Part shown: positions 1-12,569 of the stretch, in pieces
Position numbering within the stretch: the stretch's first letter is position 1
How the letters are laid out: each line of letters opens with the position of its first letter
NCBI GenBank assembly: GCA_951406725.2
Contig: OX597816.1
Span: 45,880,001-45,944,000 of the forward strand
Source: Octopus vulgaris
Taxonomy: Eukaryota
Length of the DNA: 64,000 nt
Direction of reading: 5' to 3'
Notes under the pieces: generated by a model
Told to the model about the DNA's origin: nothing
Databases searched by the model: none
What the model saw: the letters and a program-made list of their open reading frames with translations, nothing else
Position numbers and translations under genes: made by a program

Positions 1-144
1 CTATAGATAGGTATTGGTGACCATGAACTTTCAAACCTCTCTGCCCTGCACACAACTCAAAGCATTAATGGTTAGGCCATAAATGTTTTCTACTCTGTTT
101 TGTCTAAGTCTAAATCCTTTAGCCACTGTAGATATGGTTGAACA

Positions 145-470
145 GGGTAAATAAAACCCTTCAGTCATGAATGACCATGGGATTGCACCTAGAAAGTTAC
201 CTTGCAAGGCACAAGTCCGGGCAAGGTTGCTTATGGAAGACCAACAGTTACCTATGCATACCAGCCTCCCCTCTCCATGCTATTGATGTCATCCAAAGAA
301 AGGTAAAACAGCAATACAACTTGGCACCAGTGACGTCACAACTTATTTCCACAGCTGAGTAAACTGGAGCGATGTGAAATAAAGTGTCTTGCTCAAGAAC
401 ACAACACACAGCCCAGTACAGGAATCAAACTCACTGTCTCATGATTGCGAGCCTGATGCTCTGACAATTA
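145..470 (-). mobile_element. tRNA-derived SINE, family C (decayed)
   Basis: Reverse complement matches the copy at 37345-37685 (…gtgttgtgttcttgagcaagacactttatttcac…ggtgcaatcccatggtcattcatgac). Confidence 0.8.
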
Positions 471-1181
471 TCACACTAATGGCAATTATTTAGCAAGATA
501 TAGTGTCCGCAATTGTCCTCCTATCTCCAGGCATTAAGCCTGTCCTTTTCCTTTAATGACATGTCAATTTTGGAGGATGCTTGACTCATGAGATTATCTC
601 TTCTTCCCAAGTAGAGCTGATCCTAAAAATGCCATTTGATAAGTATAATAACTTCTCTAGAAGCAAAGATAATTTTAGTAAACCAAGAATCTATGCTGTA
701 TGGCATTTGATATACTGACAGTTATTTAGTCCTTTTGTAGCCAGCTGGTTTAGGCTTCAAGTGACTTGTTACAGTCAACCCCACCCAACCACACCATCAC
801 CACCACCAGGCCCAGCTTCCTTTCAGTTACCCTGGTTGTCATCAAGTGCTTAAGGTGTCTATCTTCTCATATGGTGTTCAATGAACTAATCCAGATACCT
901 ATCTCTTTATACAGCTAAGATTCTTTCTGTTGGCTTTTGCATTTGTCCTTCTGTACAAAATATCTTCAGCATTCATCTAAGGAGTCACATCTGATGTTCC
1001 AAGTTATATAACAATATGTGTTATCTGGAACATCCCTACATATATGGTTTACTACAATATGCTTCACAAAGTATTTAAAGTGATGGGGCCAATTTGATCA
1101 ACTAAAGTTTTTGAAGTCATGGCCCTACATGGCCAAAGCACAAAGACTTAAGATCATAAAAATAAAATGAAAAAGATATAT

Positions 1182-1353
1182 AGGCGCAGGAGTGGCTGTG
1201 TGGTAAGTAACTTGTTTACCAACCACATGGTTCCGGGTTCAGTCCCACTGCGTGGCACCTTGGGCAAGTGTCTTCTACTATAGCCTCAGGCTAACCAAAG
1301 CCTTGTGAGTGGATTTGGTAGACGGAAACTGAAAGAAGCCCGTTGTATATATG

Positions 1354-1384
<31 letters not shown>

Positions 1385-1600
1385 TTGTGTGTTTGTGTGT
1401 CTGTTCCCCTAGCATTGCTTGACAACCGATGCTGGTGTGTTTATGTCCCCGTTACTTAGCGGTTCGGCAAAAGAGATCGATACAATAAGTACTGGGTTTA
1501 CAAAGAATAAGTCCCGGGGTCGAGTTGCTCGATTAAAGGCGGTGCTCCAGCATAGCCACAATCAAATGACTGAAACAAGTAAAAGAGTAAAAGAGAGAGC
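1182..1600 (+). mobile_element. tRNA-derived CORE-like SINE, family A, full length
   Basis: Pol III A box tggctgtgtgg and B box ggttcagtccc, CORE-like ccttgggcaagt, internal (TA)/(TG)n, tail caagtaaaagagtaaaagag. Many copies in the window. Confidence 0.9.
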
Positions 1601-1604
1601 AAGA

Positions 1605-1639
<35 letters not shown>

Positions 1640-2543
1640 GAGAGAGAGAGAGACCTGAATTCCAAGCAGGGTCACAGACTCATATTACAAGCTGCCTACT
1701 TCTAACCCAATCAGTTAAGTGGAACAGATGAAATTTCTTGGGGGAAGAAATGTTTGTTGCTAAGGGAGACACAGTCATACTGATGCAATAATAACACTTT
1801 CCCTTTGACTTGATGATTAAAACAAATCAAGACCCCCACCAGCACCCATTAACCAAAAATTAAGAATAAATAAAAAATAATTGTGACAAAGGTGTTGGCA
1901 TGGTTATGTGGTTAAGAAGCTTTTGTTAAAGCCATGTGAAAGATGGAAACTATATAGAAGCCTATTGCATGCATGCATGTAAACATGTATATATGTATGT
2001 ATGCATGTAATTATACATGTGTGCATGACTATCTTTGTCCCGTACCCCACTATTTAACTGTTGGTTTATTTATGTCCTTCTAACTTAGCAGTTTGGCAAG
2101 ACACATCAATAGAATCCAGACTTTAAGAATCAAGCTTTAAAATGAGAACTGGGATCAGTTTGTTTGACTTAAGATTTCAATGCAGTGCCCCAGTATGGCC
2201 ACATTCCAATGGCTGAAACCAGTAAAAGGTGTAGGCATAAAGCCACACATAGAGAGTGGGGTATAGCAAAATTATATCAGACACCAGTTTTTGATTGGTA
2301 TTTTATTAACCATTGATAAACAGCAAAGTCAACCTCAGTGAGATTTCAACTTAGAATATTAAGGAAGATAACTAAAGATCACAAAGCATTTTGTTGAGTA
2401 TTCTAACAGTTCTGCAACCAAACATTCTAATTATGAAACATGGCATCTGTGACCTTGGCAATGATTTCTGAGTTGGTTGAAGGGTGGAGAAATGGTAGGA
2501 ATAAACCATCACTCATTAGTTGGCACATTCAAAACTAGCTTAA

Positions 2544-2985
2544 TCCTTTAACACTTTAGTGTTTGCATTATTCTGCCAAAATTAATCCTTTTTTATCCAC
2601 ATTGTTTTGAACTAATCATGCATTATCTTGTCGCTATGAGATTTTGATGAGGTAGCTGTTAATTTTTAAAACGATATTGTAGGGTTGGTGTGAGAGACCA
2701 GATCTGGCCAGTTTGAACATAGAACAGGCAGAATACTTTTGGCCGGATATGGCCGGTTTAAATGTTAAAGGGTTAAGCATTTAAACCGGCCATATCCAGC
2801 CCAAATATTCTACCTGTTTTATGGTGAAACTGAACAAATCTGGCCCCTCACACTTATTCTACAACATAATTCTAAAAATAAACAATCACGTTATAGAAAT
2901 CTCAAAGCTATAAGATAATGCAGGATTAATTCAAAACAGTTTGAATAAGTATTTTATTTGACGGAGTAATCTGAATGCTAAACGG
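2544..2985. mobile_element. Two nested TTAA (piggyBac-type) MITEs, family E
   Basis: Minus copy 2552-2772 is flanked by TTAA (2548-2551 and 2773-2776) and sits inside the left end of a plus copy. Termini resemble ccctttagca…tgctaaaggg. Confidence 0.85.
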
Positions 2986-3294
2986 TTATGTCAAGATTAA
3001 GTTACCTCAAGAGACGTGTTTAAAATGCTCAGTGGATTCCATGAAAGAGGAACCAAAGAGCTATCCCATGTCAGATATCTCTGACCCCCATTGGCTTTTA
3101 TTAATCTTCAGATACATGTTGTATATGTCAGTCAATGTAGTTAACTAACATCAATGTAGCTAAGTGATGTGCATCTTCTATCAGAGTGCAAAAAGTCTCC
3201 AAATTATAACATCAGATATGGCGTTAGCACTCAGCAAAATGGGAGTGGTCAGCAAAGCCAACCCTGCAATGATAAAGATAAGCGAAATGATCAT

Positions 3295-3714
3295 CGTCAT
3301 TGTCATCATTTAATGTCCAGGTTTTCCTGCTCATATGGATTGCATGGAATTTGTTGAGGCAGATTTTGTACAGCCGGATACCTTTCTTGTCACCAACCCT
3401 CACCTGCTTCCTGGCAAGACAATATTTTTCCCATGGCCACACATTTTTTTTTCATGGAAGACTGGAAATAAACAACAATGCTGTATGACAATGATGTTTC
3501 TTTACAACCATTACATATGTCAAGGAAAGGGAAAACACACACACACACACAATGGGCTTCTTTCAGTTTTCATCTACCAAATCCACTCACAAGGCTTTGT
3601 TGGCCAGGAGCTCTAGTAAAAAACACTTGACTAGGAAGTCGTGTAGTGGAATTGAACCAGAGGTCACATGGCTGGGAAATATGTTTCTTACCCACCAGGC
3701 CACACCCGCACCTA
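3295..3714 (-). mobile_element. SINE family G (family-A head plus RTE-type 3' tail)
   Basis: 3550-3714 is the family-A tRNA/CORE head. 3295-3530 is a different body ending in an RTE-like …ggacattaaatgatga tail. Confidence 0.8.
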
Positions 3715-4330
3715 TGAATAGGTTCATAAATTTCTCCACTATATTTGTACTCATGCCACAAGATCATTTGAGGCCTTGTGAGAAGCCCCATACATATGTA
3801 TCACCAAAACAATATTGAAGTTCCTTCTTCATGGTTTAAGTTTTGACACCATAGAGACAAATATTCTTTACACACGCTCCAAAGAAAGACAGAACCATTG
3901 TCTTTGAAATACTTAATGGCCAGATATTTTGTAAAGTGTTCTTACTCAACATAGCATAGATGGTAGCAGTTAGCAATGCAGCATATTTCACACAAAAGAA
4001 GAAAAAAAAATTCTTTAAAGAAACAAGGTTTTAATTCAAACTAGTAAGTGAATTCTACAATTTATCTCTAATAGGAACAGTCAGCTGATTATAAATGCAG
4101 CATTTGCCCTCACGAATCTTGAAATATTCACACACACAAACAAATTAAAGATAAATATAATAAACATTGATGATTATAAGCAGTAAAAGAATGCCATCAT
4201 TGATTGCACCAATGATTTTTTTCCCCTTCATGACAAAAGAAGCCAAGAAGTCTACAATTTTTCACATATAACAGTGTTTGTGCATGTGTGTTTGCACGAG
4301 TGCACACACACACATTCATATAATTACATA

Positions 4331-4365
<35 letters not shown>

Positions 4366-4478
4366 GCAAATATGTAAAAATGCATGTATTTATGCACATG
4401 CACACACATATAAATACACACACACACACTCATACACACATAAATAAACAAATATATACACACACACACACACACATA

Positions 4479-5348
4479 CATAGTCTGATCAATAAGAATC
4501 CAGACTGTTGTCATAGTAACGAAACTAAAATATGCAGAGTAAAGCCACTTTGCACAGATTGACTTTGAACTCTGCTATGCATGTGCACTAAGTTTTAATG
4601 CTCTAGCTCACTTTTGCTGTTTACAGCAGTGCTTGGAAGGAACACGTGTAGTGAGTGATTGTCGCATTGACCATGACAGAGAAAGTTTAGCAGAGAATCT
4701 GCATCAAATTTTGCCAAAAGCTTGGCGATACCTGCTCAGAGGCCTATGCAAAGTTTTCATCATTCTCAACACAATCAAGGAGATCTTGTGCAACTGAAAT
4801 CTCAATGTCTTTTTGGTCAGCTGAAAGCAGTTTTGGCACAAACTTGGCAGACACGCATCTCATCCCCCAAATCTTCAGTGATAATGGACTGAACTGAACC
4901 ATAACTGATCTGCACATCCTCTGATAACTCACGGGATGGTGATTCGACGATTTCCCCTCATAACTGCACACACCTCTGCAATGCCTTTCTTAGTTCTGCT
5001 GGTTGCAGGTCTCCCAGAACATTTGTCACAGTTGACATTTCCTCGACTGTCTTTGAAGCATCTGAACCCCTCATACTCTTGTGTGCAGCTCATACACTCC
5101 TCTCCATACACTTTCTGCAACTTTGCATGGGCCTCTGAGCAGTTGTTGCCATGACAACCTGTGACGATCACACGCTACACACCTTCCTTCCAAGCACTGC
5201 TGTAAACAGTGGAAGTGAGCTAGAACGTTAAAACTTAGTGTGCATGCACAGCAGAGATCAAGGTCAATCTTTGCCAAGCATCTTCACTCTGCATTCTTTA
5301 ACTTTGTTACTATGGCAAACAGTCCGGATACTTATTGATCAGACCTCA
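4479..5348 (-). mobile_element. Non-autonomous mariner (Tc1/mariner) with long inverted arms; transposase N-terminal remnant
   Basis: TA flanks and TIR (g)gtctgatcaataag. Fragments translate as QRICIKFCQKLG, CSEAHAKLQKVYGEECMS…SGRPATS…NRRITI and MRCVSAKFVPKLLS (mariner HTH and WVPHEL-like linker). Confidence 0.9.
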
Positions 5349-6024
5349 TATATAGATGGAGATATATATATATATATATACACAAATATGTATATACATA
5401 TCGACACACATATTTACATACATACATACATAGACACAAACACAGATTTATATGAATGCGTATGTGTGTACACATGTGTGTAATACATTGGCAGATGAAA
5501 AGATGTTAAGACTAAAAGAACAAATTCTTCTAACCAGCTAAACAGTAATAATACCATAATACTCAACACATTAAAGAAACTTTGATGGTGTACAATAAAT
5601 GTAAGAGAGAATATATTCGATAAAACAATCCAAAAGATGTATATTTTGTACTAGCATTTTTCTTTTTTGTTATTTTAATATTCATATTATTAACTGAATG
5701 TTTGGTGTCAGTAGTAGAGGTGTATGTGTGGTGGTTGTGGTGGATGGAAGATGATAGGAGAACGGAAATATTTATCGCTATGGAATGGTAACCAAAACAA
5801 GCAAATCTACATCCAAATAGCAAAATAAATTTCGGGTTCATCCAAATTATGCAAGTGGAAATTTTCTCTTTTTTTTTCCACTTTTTATTTTTCTTGATAA
5901 ACAAACTGCAAAGATGGAAGTATAGGAAATAATGTAAAACTTATATAATGTTTGTTTGTTTGTTTGTTTTACACCTGTTTTCCCATGCTAGCACAAGTGT
6001 ATCAGTCAATCATTCATTTTCCAC

Positions 6025-6455
6025 CTTTTACCTATTTCAGTTATTGAACTTCAAGCTACCATGCTGGAGCACCACCTTGAGTAGCTCAGCTGAACAAAAT
6101 GATCCTAGTACTTCAGTAACATATTTTTAAACCCAGCACTCGTTCTATCACTCTCTTTCGCTGACCTGCTAGGCTGTAGGGACATAAACAAACCAACATT
6201 GGTTGCCAAACAGTGTTGGAGGTGCAAAGCACAAAGACACATATGCACATATATGTGTATATCTTGTGTGTGTGTATGTACATGTGTGTATGTGCAGGCG
6301 TGGCTGTGTGGTAAGAAACTTGCCACCCAATTATATGGTTCCAGATTCAGTCCCACTGTGCAACACTTTGGACAAGTGTCTTCTGTTATAGCCTTGTGAG
6401 TGGATTTGGTAGACGGAAACTGAAAGAAGCTCATTGTGTGTGTGTGTGTGTGTGT
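6025..6455. mobile_element. Family A SINE fragments (3' half on minus strand, head on plus strand)
   Basis: 6025-6230 matches the reverse complement of the A body. 6295-6455 matches the A head. Confidence 0.75.
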
Positions 6456-6564
6456 GTATTCTACCAGAATCTCAAGGAAGAACCTTAAGATTTGAGGAAA
6501 CTTGCTGTCATCAAACCTCAAGGCAACACTTTTTGCTAACTAATATAGCATGTAATAGCTTCAA

Positions 6565-8200
6565 TAATCTTTTCAACTATAGGCACAAAACCTGAAATTT
6601 TGGAGGTGTTTAGTTGATACTTATTCTATTGGTCCCAAGAGATGAAGGGTAAAGTTGACTTTGACGGAATTTGAATTCAGAACATAAATATGGATGCTAT
6701 GCTGCTAAGCATTTTACCCACTATGCTAACAATTTTGCCAGCTCACTGTCTGAATAGCTTCAATAAAAGAAATTGTTTCTAATTTTAGCACAAAGCCAGC
6801 AATTTTTTAAGGATTGGAAGGGAATTGATTACACTGACCCTGGCATTCAACTGGTACTTATCTTATGAACCTTGAAAGGATGAAAGGCAAAGCCAACCTT
6901 CATGGGATTTGAACTCAGAACAGAGATGTTGCTTAACACTTTGGCGTGCAAACCATTCTGCCAAATAATAAGTGTTTCAATTATAGGCACAAGGCATAAA
7001 ATTGGGGGGGGGGGGCTATGTGATTACATTGCCCTCAGTGTACAAATGGTAATTATTTTACTGACTCTGAAAGGGTGAATGGCAAAGTCAACCTCTGTGA
7101 ATTTTGAACTACAAACATAAAAAACAAGCAAAATACTCCCCATAACTTCATTCAATTTTGTAAAATGATCTGGTGTGTTTATTTTAATTTTATATACAGA
7201 ATTTCTTTGCCCTCTATGTTGGGAGGACACTCAGCAAGAAATGGAAAACTTAGAGGAAGAAGAAATAATAATAATCCTTTCTACTAAAGGCACAAGGCCT
7301 GAAATTTGGGGGGATGGGACTAGTCGATTACACTGACCCCAGTGTTTCATTGGTACTTAATTTATCGACCCCAAAAGGATGAAAGGCAAAGTTAACCTCA
7401 GTGGAATTTGAACTGAGAATATAGAGATGGGCAAAATGTTGCTAAGCATTTTGCCAGGCGTGCTAATGATTCTGCCAATTCACCACCTTAATAATAATAA
7501 TAATCCTTTCTACTATAGGCACAAGGCCTAAAATTATGGTAGAGGGGAATAGTCAATTACATCAACCCCAGTGTTTCATTGGTACTTAGTTTAACAACTC
7601 CAAAAGGATGAAAAGTTGACTGTTTCATATTTATGTGCTAACTCTGGTGTGTGTGTGTGTGTGTGTGTAGTATTAATAATCCTTTCTACTGGAGTCACAA
7701 GGCATCAAATTTGGTGTGGAGGGAACTAGTCAATTACATTGACCCCAGTCTTTCACTGTTACTTAAATTATTGACCCCGAAAGTATGAAAGGCTAATTCG
7801 ACCTGGGTGGAATTTGAACTCCAAACATAGTGACAGGCGAAATACCACTAAGCATCTTGTCCAGCTTACTAACAATTGTACCAGCTAACCACCTTAGTAG
7901 TAGTAGTAGTAGTAGTAGTAATGGTTTCAAATTTTGGCACAAGGCCAGCAGTTTTGGAGGAAGGAATGAGTTGAATAAATTGACTCCAGTACTCAATTGG
8001 TACTTATTTTATCAAACCAGAAAGGATGAAAGGCAAAGCTCAACTATGATGGAATTCAAACTCAAAATGTAATGAGTTGGAAGACAATTCCATAAAGCAT
8101 GGATGTCCATCTGCTAGCAATTCTGCCAAAACGGTCTCGAGAAGAGAGGGTTAATGGATTTCATCGACCCTAGTACTTGGTACTTTATTTTATTGATGTG
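6565..8200 (-). mobile_element. Head-to-tail cluster of about 8-9 tRNA-derived SINEs, family B
   Basis: Repeated ~220 bp units aatcctttctact…ggcacaaggcctgaaat…gaccccaaaaggatgaaaggcaaagt…gaatttgaactcagaa…ctgccagctc, separated by (TAA)n/(TAG)n. Confidence 0.88.
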
Positions 8201-8756
8201 AAGCTGAATCTTTACCTCTGCAGTAATACAGACAGATGATATAAACTGATGATACATAAAATTTCTTTCAGAAAAAAAAATGAAGATATAAAAAAAGACT
8301 AAAAAACAACTGCATAAATCCCTTGACCTTCTGCGATATAGTATTCTACATTCAATTGATTGATTGATTGAGAGATTGGTTTTGTTGATGATTATGATGA
8401 TGTTGGTGATTGACAATGAATATAAGAGAAATAAGATTTTACATTTGTTTTTATTTGCTAGCTACTTACTTTTTTTCTTTTCTCACTATGATATACTTTT
8501 TTTAATTCTCCTCTCTCTCTTACTAAGAACATTAGTAATCAATACTAAAAGATATGCCAATGTTCAATGAACATTCCATACACAATATATAATATGGTAT
8601 TATAACAGACCATGCAGTAAGTACTAAGCAAAATATTTTCAGATAAGTATATGATGGAGGGGAGGAGAAGCGATGAATCATTGAGTATCATCAAGCTATG
8701 TTACTCCTATGTGTATATGTGTGTGTGTAATATATTTATAGGCATGTGTATACATA

Positions 8757-9110
8757 GGCGCAGACATAGTTGTGTGGTAAGAAGCTTGCTTCCCAACCAC
8801 ATGGTTCCAGGTTCAGTCCCACTGCATAGCACTTTGTGCAAGTGCCTTTTACTACAGCCTCAGGCCAACCAAAGCCTTGTAAGTGGATTTCGTACACAGA
8901 AACTGAAATAAGCCCATCGTGTGTGTGTGTGTGACAATTGGTGCTGGTGTATTTATGTCCCCATAACTTAGTGGTTCAACAAAAGAGACCTATAGGAATA
9001 AGTACCAGGGTTAAAAAATTAGCCCTGAGGTCACTTTGTTCTGCTAAAATCCTTCAAGGCTGTGCTCCAGCATGGCTTTGGTCAAACGACAGAACAAAGC
9101 AAACAAATAA
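8757..9110 (+). mobile_element. Family A SINE
   Basis: Head, CORE-like segment and body match 1182-1600. Confidence 0.85.
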
Positions 9111-9827
9111 GAGAATATCCACATGGTGTATATATACATAATACATACAAATAATTCAAGCTGCTAGAAACAACAGCTAAATCTCCCGAAAACAGACACT
9201 TTGTGGTTTTAAAAAGGAAAAGATATAGTTTGGACCTAGAAAAAAGACAAAAATTACATCTGGAATGCCTTTGCTTTAAACAATAGAAGTCACACAGGAG
9301 CAATCCTAGTTGCATAGTTAAGCAAGTCACTTTGCAACCAGATGGTTCCAATTACTGTCTCCATTGTCTGGGAACCCTGGTTGATTTGACTAATACCTTG
9401 TGAGTGAAACTTGATAGATGGAAACTAGACAGAAGCCCAGTGTACGCACATGTGTTTCTGTATGTATATGTGTGCAAATTGTTCATGTCTATGTTTACAT
9501 TTATCTTTACACTAGTCTAAAATAGGTAAAATAAGTAAATGAAATATATGCTGGGATCATTGCAATTGATATAATTTATGAAGGTGGTGCAATTAATGAC
9601 AAAAACCACTAAATAAAAAGTAAATCACTTACATATATTTACACAAATACACACACACAAAAAAAAACATTAAACACAAAGCTAACACAAGCATAGAAAG
9701 TTTGAATGCTTATGTGCACACGCACGCATACACACACACACAGTAGAAAGAATGGCAGCCTAAATAGTATAAGAGATTTAAAAAAAACAAAAAATACTTG
9801 TTGGTTTGGAGACAAACAATTAAGTAT

Positions 9828-10137
9828 AGCACGAGTGGCTGTATGGTAAGTAGCTTCCTTACCAATCACACAGTTCCAAGTTCAGTCCCACTATGTGGCA
9901 CCTCAGGCAAGTGTCTTTCACTATATCCTTGGGCCAAGCAAAGCCTTGTGAGTGGATTTGGTAGATGGAAACTGAAAAAAGCCTGTCTGGCTGTGTGGTA
10001 AGTAGCTTGCTTACCAACCACATGGTTCTGGGTTCAGTTCCACTGCATAGCACCTTGGGCAAGTGTCTTCTACTATGGCCTCGGGCCAACCAAAGCCTTG
10101 TGAGTGGATTTGGTAGACGGAAACTGAAAGAAGCTCG

Positions 10138-10178
<41 letters not shown>

Positions 10179-10390
10179 CAACATCGCTTGGCAACCGATG
10201 ATGGTGTGTTTATTTCCCTGTAACTTAGCAGTTTAGCAAAAAGGGACCGATAGAATAAGTACTAGGCTTATAAAGAATAAGCTCTGGGGTCGATTTGCTT
10301 GACTAAAGGCGGTGCTCAAGCATGGCCGCAGTCAAATGACTGAAACGAGTAAAAAGAACAAAAGAATAAATATATATATATATATATATT

Positions 10391-10438
<48 letters not shown>

Positions 10439-10605
10439 TCCCCAGCATTGCTTAACAACCAATGCCGGTGTGTTTAGGTCTCTGTAACTTAGCGGTTCAG
10501 CAAAAGAGCCTGATGGAATAAATCCTGGGCTCAATTTGCTCAACTAAAGGTGGTGCTCCAGCATGGCCACAGTCAAATGACTGAAACAAACAAAAGAATA
10601 AAAGA
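9828..10605 (+). mobile_element. Family A SINE with duplicated head and duplicated 3' body
   Basis: Heads at about 9828 and 9987. Bodies at about 10175-10370 and 10440-10605. Confidence 0.85.
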
Positions 10606-10999
10606 ATTATGTCACTGTATGATAAATGAGCCAGAAAACCAGCTAGAATAGTTGTGAGACCCCAATTGAGAAGGTTTGGAAGAGATTCAGGTCCCCACAA
10701 CAAGTTGGCTGGGGGTAGAACACAATTTGGGTGTCTTTTTTATATCAAAAAGGATGTGATGCGAGTTCCCTGTATTTTTAAGCTGGTAGAGTGCAATTTT
10801 GGAAAGATTTGACTACTATTGCTTGGAGATCAGGCAACTATATATATAATCCATCAACACTTTGCCTGTAGACTCTTTGTGGAAAATAATTCATGTGGTC
10901 CACTTCCCTTATGTTTGAGCTTTTGATTGTGAGAGATTTGAGTGTGTCATTTGGGGACAGGAGACAGATTCACTCTTATTTTTCTAATGTTAGTAGGTT

Positions 11000-11147
11000 C
11001 AATTTGAGTCAACCTTTTCTTTATTAATTCAATAGGGTGTGATTTGAGCCATAATTTTGAAGCAGGTAGGGTGCAATTTGAGTCAACCTTTTCTTTATTA
11101 ATTCAATAGGGTGTGATTTGAGCCATAATTTTGAAGCAGGTAGGGTG
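11000..11147. repeat. Exact 74-bp tandem duplication
   Basis: caatttgagtcaacc…gcaggtagggtg starts at 11000 and again at 11074. Confidence 0.9.
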
Positions 11148-12160
11148 CTGGCAACTATTTCAAACAAAAAACGAGCACATTCCCACTCATCTTTTTGCCT
11201 GCAGGTCCTTAGAGTAAGTAAGGGGAGAGAGAGAGAGAGAGAGAGAGTGAGAGAGAGAGTCTGTTGTTTAGTGGAGCAATGAACTCTTACTAAAAGGTTA
11301 TAAGAGGTTAAGGTCAGTTTTAGAAAGCTGTCACAGAAAATGAAAATGTCAAAGTTTTGATGGAGCTCTTTTTATTTAACAAACAAAAAAAAAAAACAAT
11401 TCAAAATAAAATAAACAAAAACAATTGCAAATAACATAAATCCTTCATTGTGTGTGTGTGTATGCAGGCACAAGTATGTTTGGTTCCTAAAGGCAGTGTT
11501 GATAGAGAAGATATAGAATGGTGTTGGTGGTGGTGGTAATGATGAGTAACACCAATAATGTCCAATGGGACAAGAATATAGTGAGTGGTCAGAATGGTGG
11601 CGGCAGTGATGGTGGTGGTAGTAGTAGTTGTATTAGTTGTAATGATGATAATGTTGACAATGATTATGGTGGCGGTCTTGGTGGTAGCAGTCATTAAGTC
11701 ATTGGCGTGGTGGCGATGATGGGTGCCAGCAATGGTGATGGTGCTAAGGGCAGTGATGGACGTGGTGGTAATCACGATGATGGGGGACTGGGGGACGAGA
11801 GCAGTTGAGATGGTGCTAATTTGCAGGGGTGGCAGTACTAAATAGTGTCAGTATAAAGAGACCGAGGAGATAATTGTAATGCTTATCAAGGCAACAGCAA
11901 CAACAATTTGGAGGAGGAGGAGGAGGAGGAAGAAGGGGAGACAGCCAATTGTAATGATGTTGATGATGTAAGCAAAAATAAATAAATAAACAGAAACAGT
12001 GACAATTTCAGGCAGATGTGGTGACGGTGGTGGTGGAGGGACCAATGAACTTGTAGCTCCCTCTCCTCTCCCACATTATGCTAGAAAATGAAAACAAAAT
12101 GTAAATAAAAAAATATATAAGAAGGAAAAAAAACCCAAAACTTAGCAAAGAGAAATATAG

Positions 12161-12191
<31 letters not shown>

Positions 12192-12337
12192 AGAGGGAGC
12201 AAAAGGGATAGAGACAAGAGACTGAAGACAAACTTTAAAACTACTCCCCACCACTACCACCACCCCAGTACTCTGTAGACTGAAACAGAAAACTGAGATA
12301 GAAAGGAGGTGGCAGTGGTGGCACCAGCAGCAGCGGC

Positions 12338-12368
<31 letters not shown>

Positions 12369-12569
12369 AAGAACAAGAACAAGAAGACAGCAGCTGTGTT
12401 TTGAAATGGCTAAGGAGACAGTCAAATACCTCACCTCACCACCGGCTTCACTTTTATCATCATTCATAGATCAGGAGAATCAGTGAAGCTCCAGAAAAAA
12501 GCCTAGAGATGTTTAAATTCATGTCTCTGTTCGTTATATCCTGAGTTTAAATTTAGCTGTGTGCTTCCC

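Noticed and set aside
1182-1260. tRNA gene
   Set aside because: A and B boxes are present but run directly into a SINE body. The same holds for the heads of families B and C.
8216-8257. Minus-strand exon MYHQFISSVCITAE|gtaaag
   Set aside because: The donor overlaps a decayed family B SINE segment (…acctc.gcag), so it is probably chance.
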